A DNA stretch of 63,476 bases, filler included, from Octopus bimaculoides (Eukaryota), in the NCBI RefSeq assembly GCF_001194135.2. It is 5 parts of 4 records of this genome, joined end to end, with 100 filler letters (N's around TTAATTAATTAA, not from the genome) between each part and the next. Parts side by side here need not be neighbours in the genome. Positions count along the whole stretch, not along the records: positions 1 to 27,539 come from NC_068982.1; positions 27,640 to 36,187 come from NC_068982.1; 3 more parts are not named here. The stretch is one strand, 5' to 3'. A program made the translations under genes and the position numbers. The notes below the pieces were generated by a model. That model made no database searches. It was not told the DNA's origin and saw only the letters and a list, made by a program, of their open reading frames with translations. Within the stretch, counting starts at the first letter, position 1. Every line of letters begins with the position of its first letter. Shown here in pieces: positions 22,621 through 35,690 of this stretch.

Positions 22621-23369
22621 TTAATGTTTGTCTTCGTTGATTATTTACTCTGTACGTCCACTCTGTCGTTGTTCGTTCGTTCGAAGTTCTAACTCTGCAG
22701 AAATTTTCTATTTTTAAAATTTGTGGATGCTGCTGCTTTATGAAGTTTTCCTATACTGTCTTTGAAAGCTCGAAATAGGGAGTAATTAGCAGTCGACAAC
22801 TGCGGAGGGGTTAGACTTCTTTTGGTATTTTGTCCTGTATTTATCGCTCGTGTGTCAACGTATTTTCACTTGTTGGTGATGTCTTGTACTTGATTATATA
22901 TTTATTCATTTATAATGGAACGCCACGCAACCTTGTCTACAGTAAGTTCATACTTTAATAAATGTATACATACATACGCACACACACATACACACACATA
23001 TATATATATATATGTATGTATGTACGTATGTATGTATACAGATAGATTGAGGAGAAGGACAAGGAATCGGAGATATCGAAGGAGAGAGAAGTGTAGGGAG
23101 ACCGAGAGAGAGAGGTAGTGTCAATATGTTTATCAACTTTCATTAGTTATAATCGAGATGAAAGTAACTTTGCTGCTTTTAATGTTTTAAATGTTTCTTT
23201 TATAATCCTAACCCTAACCCTAACCCTAATTTTCTGTTATAAAATAAATGTGTTTGTCTTGAAAATTAGTATTCATTTCCACATTTTGTATAAGCACCAA
23301 GAGATTTGACAAATGCTCAGTTAAAAAAATAGTACTTATTCCCTAAATTCTGATGATACTCATGAAATA

Positions 23370-23930
23370 GTCCTCAACCGCTTGGACTACTGCTCCCAAC
23401 TATGATCACCACACAATATAAAAGTCATGGAGGAACTCGAAGCAACGTATCAGCGACTGGGAAAAATTGAAAGAATCAAACCTCTTCTCCCTAGAACGAA
23501 ACCGGCAAAGATATGAAGTGTTATACATCCGGAAAATCCTATAAGGCCTTGTACCAAACATTGGCAATGAAAGTTATTCAAACTGCAGAACGGGGCGCCA
23601 CTGCATAGTGCCAAAGATCCCAGCATCGCCATCAAAATACAGGACCAGATATTGCAACAGTTTGGGCTTCAAGCGCCCATAGTTCTTCAGTATCCTTCCA
23701 AAATGCCTGAGTGACCTGCATGGAGCGGATGTAAGTGTGTTTAAAACAAAACTGGATCTCTTCGTGTAAAGGGTTCCAGACAAGACTACCTCACGGCAGG
23801 AGACACAGATGAGGGCAGCAGTATCAAACTCCCTTATTGACTAAATGTCACATATCAGAGGAGGTTTCAAATAATGGTGTAGCTCAGTCAACGGTAGTGC
23901 CCCAGCATGACCACAGGTTTGAAGGAGAAA
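23370..23930 (+). mobile_element. CR1-group LINE 3' end
   Basis: LDYCSQL, LFSLER, NCRTGRHCIVPKIP...YCNSLGFK, FSILPKCL.DLHG.DVSVFKTKLD...RAAVSNSLID. Confidence 0.75.
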
Positions 23931-23984
23931 CATTAAAAAAATGTTTTTTCTAAAGGAAATATATATATATATATATATTCTTCT

Positions 23985-24160
23985 ATTTGTTTCAGTCATT
24001 TGACTGCGGCCATGCTGGAACAAAGCCTTTAGTCGAGCAAATCAACAACGGGACTTATTCTGTGTAAGCCTAGTACTTATCCTTTTTTGCCGAAGCACTT
24101 AGTTACGGGGATGTAAACACACTAACATCTGTTGTCAAGCGATGTTAGGGGGACAAACAC
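23985..24160. mobile_element. SINE fragment (family with tttcagtcatttgactgcggccatgctgg tail)
   Basis: Related pieces occur at about 13231-13320, 38165-38335 and 59325-59375. Confidence 0.65.
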
Positions 24161-24279
24161 AGATACACAAACACAGACATACACCAAAACACACACACAC
24201 ACGCACGCAAACAGGCACACACGCACGCACGCACACACACACACACAAACACATACACACGGATATATATATATATATA

Positions 24280-24395
24280 CGTCAGGCTTCTTTCAGTTTC
24301 CGTCAACCAAATGCACCCACAAGGATCTGATCGGCCTGAGGCTATAGTATGCGGTTGGTAAGCAAGCTACTTACCACACAGCCACTCCTGCGCCT
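24280..24395 (-). mobile_element. tRNA-derived SINE family A, internally deleted
   Basis: Matches both ends of the 36326-36472 copy and lacks the middle. Confidence 0.75.
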
Positions 24396-25148
24396 ATATA
24401 TATATATATATATATATATATNNNNNNNNNNNNNNNNNNNNNNNNNNNNNNNNNNNNNNNNNNNNNNNNNNNNNNNNNNNNNNNNNNNNNNNNNNNNNNN
24501 NNNNNNNNNNNNNNNNNNNNNNNNNNNNNNNNNNNNNNNNNNNNNNNNNNNNNNNNNNNNNNNNNNNNNNNNNNNNNNNNNNNNNNNNNNNNNNNNNNNN
24601 NNNNNNNNNNNNNNNNNNNNNNNNNNNNNNNNNNNNNNNNNNNNNNNNNNNNNNNNNNNNNNNNNNNNNNNNNNNNNNNNNNNNNNNNNNNNNNNNNNNN
24701 NNNNNNNNNNNNNNNNNNNNNNNNNNNNNNNNNNNNNNNNNNNNNNNNNNNNNNNNNNNNNNNNNNNNNNNNNNNNNNNNNNNNNNNNNNNNNNNNNNNN
24801 NNNNNNNNNNNNNNNNNNNNNNNNNNNNNNNNNNNNNNNNNNNNNNNNNNNNNNNNNNNNNNNNNNNNNNNNNNNNNNNNNNNNNNNNNNNNNNNNNNNN
24901 NNNNNNNNNNNNNNNNNNNNNNNNNNNNNNNNNNNNNNNNNNNNNNNNNNNNNNNNNNNNNNNNNNNNNNNNNNNNNNNNNNNNNNNNNNNNNNNNNNNN
25001 NNNNNNNNNNNNNNNNNNNNNNNNNNNNNNNNNNNNNNNNNNNNNNNNNNNNNNNNNNNNNNNNNNNNNNNNNNNNNNNNNNNNNNNNNNNNNNNNNNNN
25101 NNNNNNNNNNNNNNNNNNNNNNNNNNNNNNNNNNNNNNNNNNNNNNNN

Positions 25149-26960
25149 CATATAGAAAAATTTAATAAGTAAATACACTAAAAAGAACTATAAATAAATG
25201 CAAAGTAATAATCATAAAACAATAAAACGACTACACGTGTTTCATAACTAAATTTTCAAATAGAAAATAAAATATAATCAAATCGATTAAATCGATCGAA
25301 TATCAATTCTATTCAAAAACATAGCTAATCTTCAGGTCAAAATACAACAATAGTAATAACACAATGAATGTATATATATCAGCCAACAATAAATAACAAA
25401 TTAATTTATAAAGAAATACTTATTATACCAAGATAGAAAAATGTTAAACAATATTATTAAAAATAAATGTAATACTTATCTTATCAAAAATTATAAACGT
25501 GACATTATTAACTTTACGTTTATTAAAATATAAACAGAAATATTAAATGCAAAGCTTATCTTAACGAATCTTTCATTTAAAATACAATTTTAACGACGTT
25601 TTAGGTTAAACTAAAGTTATAAACGTTATATTATTAACTTTATTTTTATTATAATATAAACTAACAAAATTTTATTGATATAAATTAATTTATATAAAAA
25701 TAATTATATCACCAATAAACAAAAGAAAAAAAGACATTTAACAAAATTATTGAAAAGAAATGCAAAACTTACCTAATCGAATCTTTAGTTTAAATAAATT
25801 TTTAAATGTTATACTATTTACTTAATTTTAATAAGAATATTAACTAATAATAAATGAAATTATATAAAGAATACTTATTTTACCAATAAATCAAAAAGCA
25901 ACTTTAAACAATATTATTGAAAATAAAAGCAACACTAATCTAATCGAAGTTTTAGTTTAAACTAAAATGTTAAACTTTATACTTTTAACTTAGTGTTAAA
26001 TTGGATATCAGCTAACTTTAAATATCAAGTGAATTTATTTAAAAATAATTATTTTACCAATAAATGAGAGAAAATCATTTAACAATATTATTGAAAATAA
26101 AAGCAATACTTATCTCAACGAAGCTATATATTAAACTAAATTTTAAACGTTATACTATTAACTAAGCGTTTATTAGAAAGAAGTCACGTGAAGATATGGT
26201 GTAAAGAAAAAGATTAAAATAAAGGGATATATAAACAGGAATGAAAGTTTTATTTGTAAAATCATGAATGGAAATTAAAATGTATATAACTTAAATCATA
26301 ATAAAACGATTAACACTATTGCTAACATTTTATGGTAATTTAAAATCTTAATTATAGAGTCTAAAGAATAAGACTAAGATACATAAATTATATAATATAT
26401 ATCAAATAAGCTAAAATACTTTAATTAAATTAATTAATTAATTAAAATATTTATATTACTAATTTTATAAAAATCATAATGTCATTAAAATATTAATTCA
26501 TAAAAATCACTAAAAATATTTACGTACTAATAAATACACAATTAATAAATATAAATATGTTTATAATTTTCGATAAGATATGTATTACATTTATTTTTAA
26601 TAATATTATTTAACATTTTTCTATCTTGAGATAATAAGTATTTTTATATAAATTTAATTCTTATTTATTGTTGGTTGATATATATACATTCATTTTATTA
26701 TAATTATTGTTGTTTTTTGACCTGACGATTAGCTATATTTTTGAATAGAATTGATTTTCGATCGATTTAATCGATTTGATTATATTTTATTTTCTATTTG
26801 AAAATTTAGTTATGAAATACGTGTAGTCATTTTATTATTTCATTATTATTACTTTGTATTTATTATAGTTGTTTTTAGTGTATTTACTTATGAATTTTTT
26901 CTATATGTGATTGTGGATTTTCATGGATGAGCTCATGAACTTAGGTTCTTTTCTCTAAAT

Positions 26961-26961
<1 letters not shown>
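25149..26961. mobile_element. Foldback-type non-autonomous element with long inverted arms and internal tandem units of about 170 bp
   Basis: 25149-25498 is the reverse complement of about 26555-26908. The marker aacaatattattgaaaataaa recurs at 25448, 25740, 25907 and 26081. No ORF. Confidence 0.7.
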
Positions 26962-26991
<30 letters not shown>

Positions 26992-27539
26992 AATAGGATC
27001 CTGCTGGGTCAGCAGATCCCATTGTTATGTCAAGGCAAGCATTAAGGAAATAATGACTCATTATAGGCAAGTGTCTTTGTGTCTGTTAGCGTGTGCGTGT
27101 GTGTTATTATGATAGGTGAAATGGCTTTTTCTTTGTTTATAGTATCGTTAATGTTTTTTTTTTACTATGACCTAAGCTATATTAAGCTTAATTTTTCATT
27201 CATGATAATTTTTTCATTCATATTTTTATTTCTAATTAGCCTCGGGTTTTGACTTTTACGTCTAAGTTTCAGTTTGAAATATAATAACATTTTGATTTGT
27301 ATATCTTTTACTTTGTTTACGATGTTATATTATTATTTGGAATAAATAAATATTCTTGTATTTTTTATTATTCAATTGATTTTTAATGATAATTTTAATT
27401 GATACCTCATTTAACACTAAATTATTTTGAAATTAGAGTACCATTTTAGCCTAATATAGAACTTAGATTTTATTAAGGTTGAAAATGTTTCGATTAATAC
27501 TGTTTTATACGATAAATACTTAGTCTTTTTATGTTAATT

Positions 27540-27639
27540 NNNNNNNNNNNNNNNNNNNNNNNNNNNNNNNNNNNNNNNNNNNNTTAATTAATTAANNNNN
27601 NNNNNNNNNNNNNNNNNNNNNNNNNNNNNNNNNNNNNNN
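27540..27639. other. Artificial scaffold linker: 44 N + TTAATTAATTAA + 44 N (also at 36188-36287, 59225-59324 and 61254-61353)
   Basis: An identical 100-bp construct appears four times. The 12-mer is a palindrome with TAA in all six frames. Confidence 0.95.
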
Positions 27640-27641
27640 GT

Positions 27642-27926
27642 AGGATTTTCGAGCGAGATCGTTGCCAGTGCCCCTGGACTGGCTTGTGCGGGTGGCACAT
27701 AAAAGACACCATTTCGAGCGTGGCCGTTTTCGTGCGGGTGACACGTAAAAGCACCCACTACACTCTCTGAGTGGTTGGCGTTAGGAAGGGCATCCAGCTG
27801 TAGAAACTCTGCCAAATCAGACTGGAGCCTGGTGTTGCCATCCGGTTTCACCAGTCCTCAGTCAAATCGTCCAACCCATGCTAGCATGGAAAGCGGACGT
27901 TAAACGATGATGATGATGATGATGAA
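27642..27926 (+). mobile_element. SINE or LINE 3' tail of RTE type ending in (GAT)n
   Basis: gttggcgttaggaagggcatccagctgtagaaac...caacccatgctagcatggaaagcggacgttaaacgatgatgatg. Confidence 0.7.
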
Positions 27927-30439
27927 GGTTTTCGTCAACTCACTTGTTGAAGATGCTATGCAGTAGAACCGAACCAGGAACCATGTAATTGGAAAATAAT
28001 TTACAGTCTAGCAGTATATTTCAATAACTAAAGGAGAGTTGTACTTCATAATTTTTTTGTAAAAATTCCTTTTTATTCAGTTGAGTGGATTGATAGGTTG
28101 ATTTTCTGCTGTAGCGAGAATGTTGTCATGGTTATATATTAGTGTTATTAAGTGTGATTTTTGAAGTGACATGTCTCCCAAAAGACTGATAGATTATTGT
28201 GATGGTCTTTAAAAATTCTGTATATTTTGTAGTAGTAGAAGTATTGTGTAAAATGAATTCAACAATTTTTTTTTTGCCCCATAAAAAATATTATGAAAGA
28301 ATTATTTGGAAAGATTGAAAGCTTATCTTGTGTGCAGTATTCATCTGTCATATGCACAGACAATGATATTATTTTCAATGCAATGATTCTATTTGTTTTA
28401 GCATGATGTAACTGAGGCATGACAGAGCTAAATGAAAATTTGGAAAATGACTTCATAAACAATATTGTTAAAACTGACAAAGGGACAGCATGAGAGTTAC
28501 CATAAAGTTGAAATTTACAAGGTGAAACAAATCAGCCCTCCCATCAAAATTCATCATTTCCCCAAGAGAATACCCCCAACCCCCGCCCTCCTTTTGAGAT
28601 GATTATTGTCTATTCCCAACACACACATACATACATCACTGTTCCACAGAGGTCCCATAAGCGAATTGGTATTAGTAAGTAATTATATGATTTTAACAAA
28701 AAATTAAACAAAGAACCAAAATGCAGCCAATGCTAATTTAAATTATGTATCTGGCTTCTTTGTGTCAAGATTCACTTTGAACTTTCTTAAGTTGTAAGGC
28801 TGACATATGAAAGTAAAATAATGAACAAACAGAAAACCTGAGTCCTTTTGAACTAGAAGGCACTAGTAGTATTCATATGACACACTGACTAAAAATATGA
28901 GATCTACAAGTAAAATACTTTTCAAATAACCATAATAGACAAAGAAATCATATGAATACTACCCCACCACTATACTGATTTCTTTTCAGATGCTTTAAAA
29001 CAATGCAAAGAAAAAAAAGGAAGGGGGACTTAAGGCCATCAGCTAACAATAAACAATAGAAGTTATTTTTCTAAATAACAAACAGTAGCCTTAAAACATT
29101 ACTCATTGAAATGACATGAAAATAGTTAATATTTAGTTATTTTTCAGAACTAACTTACAATGCAAGACGATATAAGAGAGATAAACAGATAGACATGATG
29201 CTTAAATACATATCACTAGAAAAAAAAATTTACAATGGACAAAGAAAACCATTTCAAGGGATTGAAAAGCTGGGCTACAAAGTTGTGTTTGTTTTCATTA
29301 AAAGCTATAAGAGATACAATAACTCTCAAATTAAATTATTTTACAAATATCTAACTTAGAAAAGAAAGTTACAACAAAACTATGGTAAAGCTCTTCAGTT
29401 ATAAAACAATATTTTCACAAAATGTCCAGAGAATAGAAATAATTACACCAAGTTAATTAGCCAAGGGGAAAGAAAAAAATTTATGAAATGTTTTTTCTCT
29501 CTCTCTCTCTCTAATGGACAACTCATGACAAATTAATTCACTTTAAGATTATTTTTAGCTACCAATTTTTATGAATGAACTTCTGCAGACAGAGACTCTG
29601 AATTCCTGAGCTTACCTTAAAAATTAATTCAGTTTAATAATTTCACGTTTCTTAAATATCTTTGAAATACCATGTCAATAAGCCAGAGACCAATCAGCTG
29701 AAAGATTAGCGATTCATATAAAACCATCAACAGTATGCAGTGACAATGGTTAAAATAGCTGCTGAGTACTTCACAGGGGTAGTGTTTGCAAAACATATCC
29801 ATAATGGAAGGTATATCAGCCAAAACGCTGTGTTAACAACAAACAAGATGAGGACAAATATCCGTTGAATGTAAATAATGATATACAGAAGTATACCATA
29901 CAACTATATCTCAATTGTGTTTACTCTCTGAACAAATCAAAAGTATTTCTAAAGTTTGCAAATATTAATACCCACTACTTGAATGCAACAAGTTACTTCT
30001 AAACTGATTTGTCAAATTGTTAATATCTGCCAAGATGCAAATCACTTTCATGTTTTCTTAGAATCTGTTTAACAGTAAGTAAGAGACAATCAGCTACATC
30101 CTGTAATAGTTTATCAGCAATGTGAGGTTAACTTTTTTTAGAACTAGAATAATTTATGACTTCTCCAAATGGATGGAAAAAGTATAGCATGCATAAATTA
30201 CAGCTATCAAGAAGTTCGTAAAAAATGGTATTTAGTATAAAGAATACACAAACAAAATAAAATGATATAATAAAGTAAATTAGTATAAAACTGAATACAG
30301 AATATACAGCACGTTTGAGCTAAATTTGCCAGTTTGCATAAACAGAAAAGAAAACAATATCCCATCCAAAAATAAAAGTATTGTTTTAAAAAAAACTCAA
30401 AAAAATATCAACTAGATTATAGCTTGGAGCTAACAGTTT

Positions 30440-31050
30440 ACTCAAACTAGTTGCTCTTAGCTTCAACCATCACCTCAAGATGGCTCCAAAACCCGGCACA
30501 CATTCCTTACTGTGTCCGAGTAAGGATCTTCAAATAGCTCCTTTATCTTGGCTACTAGCTTGGCTTTGACATTGTGGGCAGAGCAGTTGGTGTGTTTCTC
30601 AACCACACCACACAGAAAGTCATCCATGGGATTACTACACTCAAGGGAAGTAGGAGGCCAGAAATTGGAGCTGGTGAAGTTGCAGAAATTCTCCAACAAC
30701 CACTTCTGACTTTTCTGGAGGAGCTGAATCCTGCTGCCACACATATGGCCTTCCAGCAGCAATCCTCTCCAGTCAGGGATTGACCACAGTCTCCAGGAGC
30801 TTCACATAGCTGTCTGAATTGAGCTTAAGGCCCTTTTCAAAGATGTAGGAATGAATTCTAGGTCAGAACAGTCCCTTCCTGCTGGCCACAGCTTTGCAGT
30901 CTCTGTTGCAGCTTTCCATGTCATGTCTCACAGCTTTTACAATGTGTACAGAGCATTCAGTAGCAGTCATGATATCAGCATTTTGATACCTGATGTGAAT
31001 CATCATGATACAGCTAACTTTTTCCCAATACTCAGATGGCATCCAATCTC
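30440..31050 (-). mobile_element. Tc1/mariner (maT/DD37D-like) transposase remnant, internally deleted
   Basis: LNSDSYVKLLETVV...AAGRPYVWQQDSAP...FWPPTS..SNPMDDFLCGVVE...KIKELF. Confidence 0.75.
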
Positions 31051-32434
31051 TATGTCAGCTTATTCTTAAATACAACTTCAATCTTTAAGCTCTCCAACAC
31101 CGTTTACTATTCCCCACTAGAGACTGTTCCAGAAAAAAAAGACAAAAAAATCTTTAAATTTAGCCCAAGCACCTTGTAACCATAATTTACTGAGAAAGTT
31201 TTCAGTGATGTTGTAATTGCATGTTGAAATATGGGTGTACTTGTGAGTGCACATGCACACGGTCACAGAATTTCCACAAGATATGAAAGAAAGGTACACT
31301 GAAAAAGAATTAAAAAGATAACCATAACATTAAATGTAAGGTAATTCTGTTTAGATTAAAAGCAAAAAAAAGTATAATTAAGAAAATAAAAGAAAATTAA
31401 CAAAATGTATTCATGTGTGAGAGACACAAACACACACGTCGTGCGGAGAAACTATTAACCATGTTCTAAGGCGTATTTGCACAATCGGGTGGGCAAAGAT
31501 ATAGCTGAAAATATTTGTTTTTACTCATGCTTAGCAAAATTTTGCTCATGTTTCTTTACTAACCTTAGCATTTAGTCCTTCCTAACTCCACCCTTACTAA
31601 ACTTGTTTTTTTTAGTTACTAGTTACATACTTTCAGTTAAAAGTATGTAACAGCAACTGACTGTCTCAAATTTCACTCAGAATATATATTGAAACCTTAT
31701 TATAAGGAGAAAGAGACCTCTCAGTTTCTTTCTTTTTCTGTATGTATGTGTGTATGTGTGTATGTATATATACGTGTGTTGTGTATATTTGTGTGTATGT
31801 ATGAGTGTATGTATTTATGTACATAACAATGCCATTTTATATTCATCCAACTCATGCCAGCATGGGAAAATGAGTCTTAAGTACACTCCCTTGACATTTA
31901 CTGGAGTACTCCAAAGTATATTTGTCGATGTTATATTTTATATGAGAGTTGAGAATACTGGAAAACACTTATTGGGTATTATTTATTTCTGATTACTTGT
32001 GTTTCATTACTAATAGATGTCTCATATGTTTTCTATATGTATACCTATGTAACTCCTATTAGTAATGAAACATATGTAATGAGGAATAAATAATACCAAA
32101 AATTTTAGAGACTTCTGTTTTGACATAGCATCTAATAGACTAACTTGCAGTATTTGTTTCAGGTCTTCGAGTTCAAACCCCACCAGAATTCAGTTATAGA
32201 TACAGCATGGCTGCATAGATACTGAGTTTGCTTGGTAACCAAGTTGTTTCAAGTTCTATCTTATTGCACATCTTGAGTAAGTACCATCTAGTGTAGCCTT
32301 GCACAGACCAATGCCATAAATCTTGCAATTATAGCTATAATTTTAAGATTTATGGATTTTAATTTAAGATTATCTTTACTCTCTTAGATGATGGAGTGGT
32401 TTTCTACTTGTTGAAACATTACCATATATACGTA

Positions 32435-33699
32435 TCAGGTCATTAAGAATGAAATGTCTGATTTTCTTATGCACCAGGTTTGACAGTTGTTGACTCTATT
32501 GTTTTATCCTGACAATTCTTTGTTTCACAACATTGAAGAGTTGCATCATCACTTTTTGAAATGCAGTTCATGGTGTCTGATTATATTTTGAGTTTTCTCT
32601 CATAAATCAATTTTTGTGAACCTATAGATAGATTAAAAATTTGTGCTGTGTATGAATATGAGTTTGTTCCTGGAACAAATGCATCCCAGACAACTCGAAA
32701 CATCAATGAGGTGTTTGATGAAGTTGTGGTGAGTGAGTGCACTGTACGTTGATGGTTTGAGAAGTTCAGGTCTACTGACTTTATTCTTGAAAATCAGCCC
32801 CATGGTAGACCTGAGACGAAGGTGGATTATGATGAGCTGGAAACTGTAGTGGAAGCAGATACATCTCAAACTACACGTGATTAGCAGCAAGGTTTGATGT
32901 TTTGATTCCAACTGCATTGGACCATCTGAAACAAATCGGCAAGGTAAAGAAGCTGGACAAGTGGGTACCATATGAACTAAACAAGCATCAAATAAGATGT
33001 CATCTTAAAACTTATTCTTTGCTGTCACAGTATAAAAGCAAACCATTTTTGCATCGTATTGTTACACATGATGGAAAATTGATTCTTTTCAATAATAGCA
33101 AACATTCTGCACAGTGGCTGGATAGAGACAAAGTACCAAAATACAATCCAAAAAAAGAACATTCACCAAAAAAATCAAATAGTGTCTGTTTGGTGGTCCA
33201 GCGCTGGTGTCATCCACTACAGCTTCATGAGACCTGGTAAGTCAATTATGGCAGATGTATACATCAATCAATTGGATGAAATGATGAGTGAACTTGCAAT
33301 TAAGCAATCAAGATTGGTCAATAGAGACAGGCCAATTCTCTTGCAAGACAATGCCCAACCACATGTTGCACGAAGAACGCTACTCAAGTTACAGGATCTG
33401 AACTTGGAAGTACTCCATCATCCACTATATTCACCAACTGATGATCATGTTTTCCAGGCATTGGATAACTTTTTGCAAGGAAAAAACTTCAAATCTGAAG
33501 AGGATATAAAAACAGCCTTTCGTGATTTCATCATCTCTTGCTCTCCAGAATTTTTTGCTGCTGGTATAAGCTACCAATAAAATGGAAAATTGTGTTGATA
33601 ATTTAGGTACATACTTTGATTAGCTGCTTTGTTTTTTGTTGAGATAAAGTAAAATAAACTTTCAGTTCAAAACTAGACATTTCATTCTTAATGACCTGA
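32435..33699 (+). mobile_element. Full-length mariner (DD34D-type) element with a pseudogenised transposase
   Basis: Perfect 25-bp TIRs tcaggtcattaagaatgaaatgtct (32435-32459 and 33675-33699) with flanking TA. Motifs KLDKWVPYEL, FLHRIVTHD, ILLQDNAQPH and HPLYSP..D are broken by stops and frameshifts. Confidence 0.93.
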
Positions 33700-34139
33700 T
33701 ATATATGTGCATAGGTGTATATATATATATATATATATATTGAATTTTTTCACAGTACCCAGCCCTAGCTAGAGCAGCATTATAATAAGTTGCATGTGAT
33801 TTGAAAATTTTATTANNNNNNNNNNNNNNNNNNNNNNNNNNNNNNNNNNNNNNNNNNNNNNNNNNNNNNNNNNNNNNNNNNNNNNNNNNNNNNNNNNNNN
33901 NNNNNNNNNNNNNNNNNNNNNNNNNNNNNNNNNNNNNNNNNNNNNNNNNNNNNNNNNNNNNNNNNNNNNNNNNNNNNNNNNNNNNNNNNNNNNNNNNNNN
34001 NNNNTATATATATATAATAATAAAATTTTCAAATCACATGCAACTTATTATAATGCTGCTCTAGCTAGGGCTGGGTACTGTGAAAAAATTCAATATATAC
34101 ATGAAGCAGGCATACACAACACTGGTAATTCCTCTAATT

Positions 34140-35690
34140 GTAATACCCATTGTACACCATCACAACATCATGGTTTAAGAACTCACTCAGATTGAGAACA
34201 TACACCAGGAAGAAATGGTCATGTCAATGAACTACCGACAAAAACTCATAGACACACGCAACATAATAATCCAACTGCTTGTTCCAATCCTATACAATAC
34301 ACTCGACCAAATAAGCCTAACAACTAATACAGGAATCAGGATGTCCTCTAATTCAACCCGATTTTTGGTTCGCATGTTTCAACCAAGATTGCTGGAAAAT
34401 TTTTTGTTGCTCTGGACAAATATTTTCCTGAATCTAATTGGTATCATGCTAATTTTTAATCGGCATACCATGAAGGTATCCTACGCTAAATGCTAATTTA
34501 GAGCAACTTATGCATCACATAAACAATAGCAAAATGCGACAAAGGTCCAATAACCAACCTACTGGATCTAGCGAACATATGCATCTAAATAATAACAAAG
34601 GAGATGTAAACCACAATGAAAAATACCAATTACAGCCAGATTGTAAAAGCAGAAATACTTATGATACAGCTAACACAGTAACAATGTTGGTAAATGGAGT
34701 TGGGATTGCCTTATATACAAATAAATACAATAAATGCTCATGCAGAGAAAAATCAAAATGTCCATTGATGATTCTCTGTATGAGTACAAATCTTGTATAT
34801 AAATGTACTGTGCACACAAGGGGAGGGCCATATGTTTACATTGGGCAGACGGCTGATTTATTTAAGAATCGTTATTGTAACCATGTCGACAGCTTTAAAA
34901 CAACCAATAAGAGACATTCAACATCTTTGGCTGAGTTTGTATGGCAACTGAAGGAGGATAAAATGAAGTACAGTGTAACTTGGTCCATAGTAAGGCACAC
35001 GACACCATACAATATAATTTCCAGGAGATGCCATCTCTGCTCCAAGGAATCCCTGTCTATTCTGTGGATTAATGAGAAGATCATTAATAGAATTTCTGAA
35101 AGACTTTCGACATGCCTACATGCATATAAATGTACTTTCGCGCAATGCAGTGGGAATGAATTTTGAGTAACTGTTAACATAATTTACTTTAAGGTATGGA
35201 TGACTTAAGTTTACTTTTAACCTCTCCATTCTTACAAACATCAAGTAAATAATTAACTTGCTTTGTGATCGTGAGTGCACCAAATGTTCACATTTTTGCA
35301 AATGCTTGTATTGACTAAATGTACTCGCACCATGCAGCTTGCCTAAGGGCGTTTATAGATCCATATTTGTTAACAGTTATTTTAAATACTTTTCTCGCTG
35401 TATTGCATGTTCGTTTCTCTTTTTTCCATCTACGATTTTATTTTTGATCTTCTCTGTAAATGAAGATATTTCCTCTGTCTGGCTACTTTTCTTCCAACAA
35501 AAGAAGGAGTTACAATGCAGAACTGTTATTTTAATGAGTTGTGTCTATTTATCATCCGATGAGATACATCTGCACCGCCGGCTGCTCCTGAACCAGTTGT
35601 CGAGTGTCCCACCAGTGAAGAATCGATGCTAGATGTGTCGAAACAATTGTTATGATAAATTCTTGTATATTCCATCTTCCGTCTTTCATT
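34140..35690 (+). mobile_element. Penelope-like element 3' part (thumb + GIY-YIG + 3' region)
   Basis: FNRHTMKVSYAKC, then ORF 34510-35166 CSCREKSKCPL..LCMSTNLVYKC...YIGQT..FKNRYCNH.DSF...HSTSLAEFVW.LK...CHLC.KE...STCLH. Confidence 0.85.

Noticed and set aside
25380-26200. Repeat array as CRISPR
   Set aside because: Eukaryotic context, long degenerate units, no unique spacers and no cas genes.
25149-27539. Very AT-rich block as a mitochondrial insertion (NUMT)
   Set aside because: No recognisable mitochondrial gene, rRNA or tRNA. It is explained by inverted arms and tandem units with dispersed copies elsewhere in the window.
27584-27595. TTAATTAATTAA as a biological motif
   Set aside because: It is an assembly linker centred in 100-bp gaps, repeated four times.
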